Source: Acaryochloris thomasi RCC1774
GTDB taxonomy: Bacteria > Cyanobacteriota > Cyanobacteriia > Thermosynechococcales > Thermosynechococcaceae
Assembly (NCBI RefSeq): GCF_003231495.1
Contig: NZ_PQWO01000005.1
Coordinates: 30,001 to 62,000, forward strand
Length of the DNA: 32,000 bases
Reading direction: 5' to 3'
Shown: positions 26,734 through 32,000 of the stretch, in pieces
How positions within the stretch are numbered: position 1 is the stretch's first letter
Layout of the letters: each line of letters starts with the position of its first letter
Translations under genes and position numbers: made by a program
Notes under the pieces: generated by a model
What the model saw: the letters and a program-made list of their open reading frames with translations, nothing else
Told to the model about the DNA's origin: nothing
Databases searched by the model: none

Positions 26734-26808
26734 GCAAAGTTAGCTCAATGGTAGAGCAACAGACTCATAATCTGTGTGGCACAGGTTCAAATCCTGTACT
26801 TTACTCCA
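26734..26808 (+). tRNA. tRNA with CAU anticodon (Met/Ile2 class unresolved), genomically encoded CCA
   Basis: The manual cloverleaf has acceptor stem GCAAAGT/ACTTTAC (C2-A71 mismatch), D arm GCTC-AATGGTA-GAGC, and anticodon arm ACAGA-CTCATAA-TCTGT. The variable loop is GTGGC, the T arm is ACAGG-TTCAAAT-CCTGT, the discriminator is T, and CCA follows. It starts 2 nt after the preceding tRNA-like gene. Confidence 0.8.
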
Positions 26809-27225
26809 CCCCAGCCCTGGGTATGGGCACCTTGTTAGGGACGAGTCCAAATGGTACGGGAGCAATCCCAAATCGGTTCAAGTCCGTGTTTTTCTCAACT
26901 CCGCTGTGCTGGCTGTTCGGCCACTGTCATCACCTGGTGGTGGCGATGGCAGCAGTGAAAGGCCAGTGAGATCGCAACTGATGATCGGTTCGAGTGTGTC
27001 CCTTCCAGTCGCTGAGTCCTTCGGGATAGGCGGCAGGAACAGCACATCTGCCAGAGGCTTGGCCAAACCTACGGGGGCGGTCGGGGGAAGGCATCTGGCT
27101 TAGTCCAGCCGGTCACAAGCGATCGCCCGCACTGACGCTGTGAACACCAGCAATAGTGGAGTTTTCAGACTAGCTTTAAATTTATTTTCAGAGACTGGGG
27201 CCAAGGGGACTGATAGAATCGCCCA

Positions 27226-28059
27226 ATGTATGACAACACCTGCAAATTTCTTGCAGAGACGTTCTCAAGTGACTTTGCAACCTGGTTGCTGGGTAAGCCT
27301 GTCCCTTTGACCAAGCTAAGTCCATCTGAGCTATCGCTGGAACCGATTCGAGCAGACGCACTGATTCTCCTGGAGTCTGAAGAGCATGTCCTGCACATCG
27401 AGTTCCAAACTGAGCCTGATGCGACAATGCCCTACAGGATGGCTGATTATCGTCTAAGAGCTTTCCGCCGTTTCCCGAACAAACAGATGAAACAGGTGGT
27501 GGTTTACCTGACTCCAACGAAGTCGAGGTTCGTGCATCAGACTGTTTTTGAGATTCCGGGCACTCGTCACGAGTTCGGGGTTGTGAGGCTATGGGAGCAA
27601 CCCACTCAACCGTTTCTCGATTCGCCAGGATTGCTACCCCTAGCTGTGCTCACTCAAACACTAGATAAGACTCAGACACTGAAACAGGTAGCTGTTCAAG
27701 CTGACTCTATTCAGGACAAGCAAGTACAAAGTAATGTGGTGGCTTCTGCTGCAATTCTGGCCGGGCTATCATTGGAGAGAAGCTTTATTAATCAGGTTCT
27801 GCGCAAGGAAATTATGAAGCAGTCTGTTATTTACCAGGACATTATTGATGAAGGGCGTCTAGAAGGGCATCGAGAGGGGCGTCTAGAAGAAAGTCAATCC
27901 CTTATTCTCCGTCAACTCAATCGCCGTGTTGGGGAGTTGCCCTTTGAACTGAGATCGCAACTCGCAAGATTATCCCTAGAGCAAACTGAAGCACTGGCAG
28001 AGGCACTGCTAGATTTTGCAGAACAGTCTGATCTTGTTGAGTGGCTAGAGAGACAGTAA
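27226..28059 (+). CDS. Rpn-family recombination-promoting nuclease / putative transposase (PD-(D/E)xK, DUF4351-type C-terminus)
   Basis: The 277-aa ORF has the N-terminal sequence YDNTCKFLAE...EPIRADALILLESEEHVLHIEFQTEPD, typical of the cyanobacterial Rpn/YhgA-like family. The C-terminus is helical (...IYQDIIDEGRLEGHREGRLEE...). Confidence 0.75.
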   Translation: MYDNTCKFLAETFSSDFATWLLGKPVPLTKLSPSELSLEPIRADALILLESEEHVLHIEFQTEPDATMPYRMADYRLRAFRRFPNKQMKQVVVYLTPTKSRFVHQTVFEIPGTRHEFGVVRLWEQPTQPFLDSPGLLPLAVLTQTLDKTQTLKQVAVQADSIQDKQVQSNVVASAAILAGLSLERSFINQVLRKEIMKQSVIYQDIIDEGRLEGHREGRLEESQSLILRQLNRRVGELPFELRSQLARLSLEQTEALAEALLDFAEQSDLVEWLERQ

Positions 28060-28125
28060 CAGCCAGCCCCGGATGCAATTTTCTAAGATATTTGCGATCG
28101 CAAACCGGGGCAAAAACTCAACTGA

Positions 28126-28548
28126 TCAAGAATCCTCAATTTTGAGCGATGTAATCTTATCGCCTTGGGCGATCGCATTGACAACATCCATATCCTCAGT
28201 TTGGCCGAAGGTGGTATGTACACCATCTAAGTGTGCCTGCGGTGCATGACAGATAAAGAACTGACTGCCGCCGGTATCTTTGCCCGCGTGGGCCATCGAA
28301 AGCGTCCCGGCCTTGTGCTTGTTGTCATTAATCTCACACTTGATGGTGTAGCCGGGGCCAGCGGTACCGGTTCCCTTGGGACAGCCCCCCTGAATCATAA
28401 AGTTGGGAATCACTCGATGAAACGTAAGGCCGTCATAAAAGCCCTTATTCGCAAGATCAACAAAGTTCTTAACCGTGTTGGGTGCATCTTGAGCAAACAG
28501 CTCCAGGTTAATGGTGCCTTTATTCGTTTCCATAATGGCGCGAGTCAT
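28126..28548 (-). CDS. ppiB: Peptidyl-prolyl cis-trans isomerase, cyclophilin type
   Basis: The 140-aa ORF has [13 protein letters not shown] and GSQFFI together with the other cyclophilin motifs. Confidence 0.9.
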   Translation of the reverse strand: MTRAIMETNKGTINLELFAQDAPNTVKNFVDLANKGFYDGLTFHRVIPNFMIQGGCPKGTGTAGPGYTIKCEINDNKHKAGTLSMAHAGKDTGGSQFFICHAPQAHLDGVHTTFGQTEDMDVVNAIAQGDKITSLKIEDS

Positions 28549-28836
28549 TGAGGTACCTCAAGTTGTTTACACTCCACGCTAGCGAACTTTGGTGCATTCC
28601 CCAAGGGTGGTTCGGCACGGATACCTCCTGCCAAAGACCGACGACTATTTCTACAGCCTCAGATCCAAATCGATAAAGAGCCACACTTTTGGTATGATTT
28701 GGTATGCAAAAAGCGTCAGAATTCTGATGGTCATTGAGCGTCTTGGCAAAGGGGCACGATAGAGCGTTCTAGCAAAACCGCTATTATCGCAGGGATCACC
28801 ATCCAACCCCTCTAATTGCAGAAGGCACAAAAAAGC

Positions 28837-29934
28837 ATGCACCCCCCCCACGACGATTCCCAACGTATCAGCGAGAGCACTAAGACACCGGCCTTAGAGA
28901 TCAATGCTTCACGGCAGTTTACATCTTGGTTGGCAGAGCAGCAAGTGAGCCTGACGTTCACAACCTATCAGGCCGGTAAGGTTTTCTTCATCGGCCTACA
29001 GCCCGACGGTAAACTTTCGGTTTTTGAGCGCACCTTTAATCGCTGTATGGGTTTGTTTGCACAAGACTCCAGCCTTTATATGAGTTCGCTCTATCAGCTT
29101 TGGCGCTTTGAAAATGCCCTAGAGCCAGGGCAAACCCATCAAGGACATGACCGTCTCTATGTACCCCAGATTGGTTACGTTACGGGTGATTTAGATATTC
29201 ACGATATTGTCGTTGACCGGGATGGACAGCTCATCTTTGTCAATACGCTCTTTAGCTGCTTAGCGACGGTTTGCGATCGCAACAGCTTTATCCCCCTTTG
29301 GCAGCCCCCCTTCATCACCAAACTCGCCGCCGAAGATCGCTGTCACCTGAACGGCCTAGCAATGCGCGATGGAAAGGCCCGCTACGTCACCGCTGTCAGC
29401 CGCAGCGACGTCACCGAAGGCTGGCGAGATCGCAGGCAAGACGGTGGCTGCATGATTGACATTGTCTCTAATGAAATCGTTGCCAGCGGACTGTCGATGC
29501 CCCACTCGCCTCGGTGGTATCGAGACAAGCTGTGGGTGCTCAACTCCGGCACCGGCGAATTTGGATTTATTGACTTAGAATTTGGAACCTTTCAACCCGT
29601 AGCCTTTTGTCCGGGGTATTTGAGGGGACTGGCATTTTGCGGAGACTTCGCGATCGTCGGTTTATCCAAGCCACGCGAGAACAAAACCTTCTCGGGATTA
29701 CCCTTCAACGAAACCCTAAAAGAGAAAGACGTCGAACCTCGGTGTGGCTTGCTCGTGATTGACCTGCGGTCGGGTGACATCGTTCATACCCTCAACCTGG
29801 AGGGAATAGTGACCGAAATGTATGATGTCGCATTCTTGCCCGGCGTGCAGAGACCGATGGCCATTGGGTTCAAAACCGATGAAATTCGACGCACCATCAC
29901 CGTTGGATCAAGTTCGACACAGTTGATCAACTAA
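28837..29934 (+). CDS. TIGR03032/DUF4915-like conserved hypothetical protein
   Basis: The sequence resembles what I recall of the TIGR03032 family (FTSWLAEQQVSLTFTTYQAGKVFFIGLQPDGKLSVFERTF..., HSPRWYRDKLWVLNSGTGEF). The first ATG is at 28837, while the track uses TTG 28816. Confidence 0.55.
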   Translation: MHPPHDDSQRISESTKTPALEINASRQFTSWLAEQQVSLTFTTYQAGKVFFIGLQPDGKLSVFERTFNRCMGLFAQDSSLYMSSLYQLWRFENALEPGQTHQGHDRLYVPQIGYVTGDLDIHDIVVDRDGQLIFVNTLFSCLATVCDRNSFIPLWQPPFITKLAAEDRCHLNGLAMRDGKARYVTAVSRSDVTEGWRDRRQDGGCMIDIVSNEIVASGLSMPHSPRWYRDKLWVLNSGTGEFGFIDLEFGTFQPVAFCPGYLRGLAFCGDFAIVGLSKPRENKTFSGLPFNETLKEKDVEPRCGLLVIDLRSGDIVHTLNLEGIVTEMYDVAFLPGVQRPMAIGFKTDEIRRTITVGSSSTQLIN

Positions 29935-29961
29935 GTTTTCAAATGAGTGGAGCATGTCAGC

Positions 29962-32000
29962 ATGATCACAGTCAGTCTTTCGAACTTAAACGGAGAAAAT
30001 GGTTTTGTCGTCCGCAGAATTACCTTCCCAGATCCGTCAGAGGGTGTTGGCTCGTCTGTTAGTGGAGCGGGAGACATTAACGGTGACGGATTTGACGATC
30101 TGATTCTGGGGCCAGATAGTGGCATGTACAAATATGGAGAGACCAAAGTCTATGTCATATACGGAAGCAGTGAGAATACCAGCGGTAGCTTGGGCTTAGC
30201 CGATCTCAATGGAAACAATGGCTTTATCATCGAGAGTGCCAACCCCAACAGCACTTCCATTAGACCCTCCAGTTTTGGCAGCGAATACAGTATTGAAACG
30301 GGCACAGCGGACAGCAATGCCGGATTTTCGGTCAGTGGGCTAGGCGACATCAACGGAGATGGCATTGATGACTTCATTATTGGCGCACCCAGAAGACCGC
30401 TCAAGATACCATTCAGTCCCCCTACCCCCGTCGGTTCAGGACAAGGTTACGTCGTCTTCGGTCGTTCTGAAGGCTTTAGCAAAAACTTCAGCCTAGCCGA
30501 GCTTGATGGTGAGACAGGCTTTGTCATTGAAAGCGACACGACCGGAAGCCTCACCGGACAATCCGTCAGCAACGTTGGGGACTTTAACGGCGATGGATTA
30601 GACGACATTATCATTGGAGCACCTGGCTTAGACCCTGCAGGAACTAGCTATCTAATCTTCGGCTCAGATAAGGGCTTCGATAAAAGCCTTGCGCTATCAG
30701 ACTTAAATGGCAGTAATGGGTTCGCCCTATCTGGCAGCAGCATTGGTGATCAAACGGGGACTGCTGTCAGTGGAGCAGGCGATGTCAACGGTGATGGATT
30801 TGATGATCTCATTGTTGCTGCCCCCAACGGCAGCAATGCAGCAGGCATTACCTACGTCCTTTTCGGTACTAATACGACGCCCAGAAGTATCAACGTCGAC
30901 AGCTTAAATGGAAACAATGGTTTCGCAATCTTTGGAGAAGAAACATACGACATCTCAGGACTTTCTGTCAGTGACATTGATGACTTTAACGGCGATGGAT
31001 TTGATGACCTCATTATTGGTACAGGGAGTGGCACAAACGGTGTAGGAGTAAGCCACGTGATCTTTGGACAAGCTGACGGTTTTCCTGCAGCTTTGAACGT
31101 GAACGAAATCGACGGCAGGAATGGCTTTAGCATCGTCGGTGAAGAACGGACTGGCGCAGGCCGGTCTGTCAGCGGTGCAGGTGATATTAATGGTGATGGC
31201 TTAGGTGATGTTATTGTCGGCGCCCCCGATACCAATTATTTAGCTGGCGCTAGCTACGTTCTCTTCGGCCAACAAGACAGCGTCGAGCCAGCCGTAGATT
31301 TAGCGAATCTATCTCCCAGTCAGGGATTCTTGATCCCCGGTGATGAGAACTTCAGTCGTGGCTCAAATTCGTACGCTTACATTGGCGATGCTGTCAGTGG
31401 AGCAGGCGATATCAATGGGGATGGGATTGATGACTTGGTCATCGGTTCAAGGGGCGGCTTCATCATAGGGACCGGTTCTGCACAGAGCTATGTTGTCTTT
31501 GGCAACGCTCCGCCTGAGCTTGATCTAAATTCCAAGCAGGATGGTTTGAACTCTACCGCAACCTTTACACAAGGAGCCATTTCCCTTGCTAGACCAGGTA
31601 GCATAGCGGTCACAGATGCCAACACTTCCACTCTGAGAAGCGCAACGATCTCAATTACTAATCCTCTAGATAATGAATCAGAGATCCTAGCGGCTAACGT
31701 TAATGACACTGAGATTACGGCCACCTACGACAGTGCGACATCGACGCTGACCCTGACCGGGAAAGATACGCTTGAGAACTATCAGCGAGTTCTAGCAACC
31801 ATTACCTATAACAATACGGCTGATAGCCCTGACCCGACAGATCGCTCCATCCAATTTGTCATCAATGATGGTGCAGATTTTAGTAATGAAAGTGCGATGG
31901 CCGATGGCCGGTCGGAGACCATCGCAACGACAGCCATCACGTTCGAGTTACTTAACAGAATTGACGGCACAAGTGATCCCGATACGCTGTTCGGAAGCCG
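29962..32000 (+). CDS. Large secreted FG-GAP repeat (integrin-alpha-like beta-propeller) adhesin, 5' part only
   Basis: The reading frame is open from ATG 29962 to the window edge and is absent from the ORF track because it has no stop. It has seven FG-GAP blades, each with a DxNGDGxDD calcium motif (for example GDINGDGFDDLILG and GDFNGDGLDDIIIG). An adhesin-type module (LTLTGKDTLENYQRVLATITYNNTADSP) follows, then the start of RTX-like repeats (DGTSDPDTLFGS). Confidence 0.85.
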   Translation, partial: MITVSLSNLNGENGFVVRRITFPDPSEGVGSSVSGAGDINGDGFDDLILGPDSGMYKYGETKVYVIYGSSENTSGSLGLADLNGNNGFIIESANPNSTSIRPSSFGSEYSIETGTADSNAGFSVSGLGDINGDGIDDFIIGAPRRPLKIPFSPPTPVGSGQGYVVFGRSEGFSKNFSLAELDGETGFVIESDTTGSLTGQSVSNVGDFNGDGLDDIIIGAPGLDPAGTSYLIFGSDKGFDKSLALSDLNGSNGFALSGSSIGDQTGTAVSGAGDVNGDGFDDLIVAAPNGSNAAGITYVLFGTNTTPRSINVDSLNGNNGFAIFGEETYDISGLSVSDIDDFNGDGFDDLIIGTGSGTNGVGVSHVIFGQADGFPAALNVNEIDGRNGFSIVGEERTGAGRSVSGAGDINGDGLGDVIVGAPDTNYLAGASYVLFGQQDSVEPAVDLANLSPSQGFLIPGDENFSRGSNSYAYIGDAVSGAGDINGDGIDDLVIGSRGGFIIGTGSAQSYVVFGNAPPELDLNSKQDGLNSTATFTQGAISLARPGSIAVTDANTSTLRSATISITNPLDNESEILAANVNDTEITATYDSATSTLTLTGKDTLENYQRVLATITYNNTADSPDPTDRSIQFVINDGADFSNESAMADGRSETIATTAITFELLNRIDGTSDPDTLFGS

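Noticed and set aside
26679-27103. Plus-strand ORFs 26679-26969 (96 aa) and 26774-27103 (109 aa).
   Set aside because: They start inside the tRNA-like and tRNA genes and run through GC-rich non-coding sequence. They have no motifs and overlap each other out of frame.
26809-27225. A known housekeeping RNA (RNase P RNA, tmRNA, SRP RNA or 6S RNA) or a group I intron in the GC-rich spacer after the tRNAs.
   Set aside because: None of the signatures I know is present. There is no GAGGAAAGTCCGGGC or ACAGAAACATACCGCC for RNase P RNA. There is no tRNA-Ala-like end or tag ORF for tmRNA. The adjacent tRNA-CAU anticodon loop is uninterrupted, so there is no intron.
28067-28112. The inverted repeat GCCCCGG...CCGGGGC enclosing a TTTGCGATCGCAAA palindrome between the convergent Rpn and ppiB genes, considered as a bidirectional terminator.
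   Set aside because: The loop is 32 nt and no U-tract follows the stem on either strand. The inner palindrome is just an extended HIP1 site.
29931-31724. Minus-strand ORFs 29931-30146, 30150-30404, 30852-31235 and 31488-31724, with repetitive SPSPLMSPAPLTD-like translations.
   Set aside because: They are antisense shadows of the plus-strand FG-GAP repeat gene. The periodicity comes from reading the DxNGDGxDD repeats backwards. The plus frame is continuously open and has clear domain motifs.
1-32000. A search for CRISPR arrays, rRNA genes, IS transposases, integrases, toxin-antitoxin pairs and known defence-system signatures.
   Set aside because: No regularly spaced direct repeats, no rRNA-like sequence, and no DDE, serine or tyrosine recombinase motifs were seen. 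The only nuclease-type accessory genes are the DUF559 and Rpn ORFs reported above.

Overview
The window is chromosomal DNA from a cyanobacterium. By eye I counted about 25 copies of the HIP1 octamer GCGATCGC in 32 kb, against roughly 0.5 expected by chance. Most of the window is ordinary, densely packed genes. These include the low-CO2-inducible NDH-1MS CO2-uptake operon (ndhF3-ndhD3-cupA-cupS, minus strand) with a divergent LysR regulator, plus gyrA, sppA, a group-3 sigma factor and a cyclophilin. There is also a MoxR/DUF58/transglutaminase trio, a TIGR03032-like protein, and the 5' part of a very large FG-GAP (integrin-alpha-like) adhesin that runs off the right edge. I see no CRISPR array, rRNA, IS transposase or recognisable defence system. 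Four things the routine annotation does not explain stand out. (1) A DUF559 endonuclease-fold gene, bracketed by inverted copies of a 33-nt C6/G6 hairpin repeat, is wedged between ndhD3 and cupA; a third copy lies between cupA and cupS, and the ndhD3 reading frame ends inside one repeat. (2) Two tRNA-shaped genes sit in tandem: one lacks an anticodon loop (4-nt loop), and the other is an atypical CAU tRNA with an encoded CCA. They are followed by about 415 bp of GC-rich non-coding DNA with T-loop-like relics and an Rpn/PD-(D/E)xK nuclease gene. (3) A tightly coupled four-gene membrane operon is centred on a fusion of a heme-b-type transmembrane domain and a Rieske domain. (4) A roughly 900-bp AT-rich gene-poor patch contains what looks like a decayed EAL-domain gene. 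All functional calls come from motif recognition and gene context by eye; no database search was possible.
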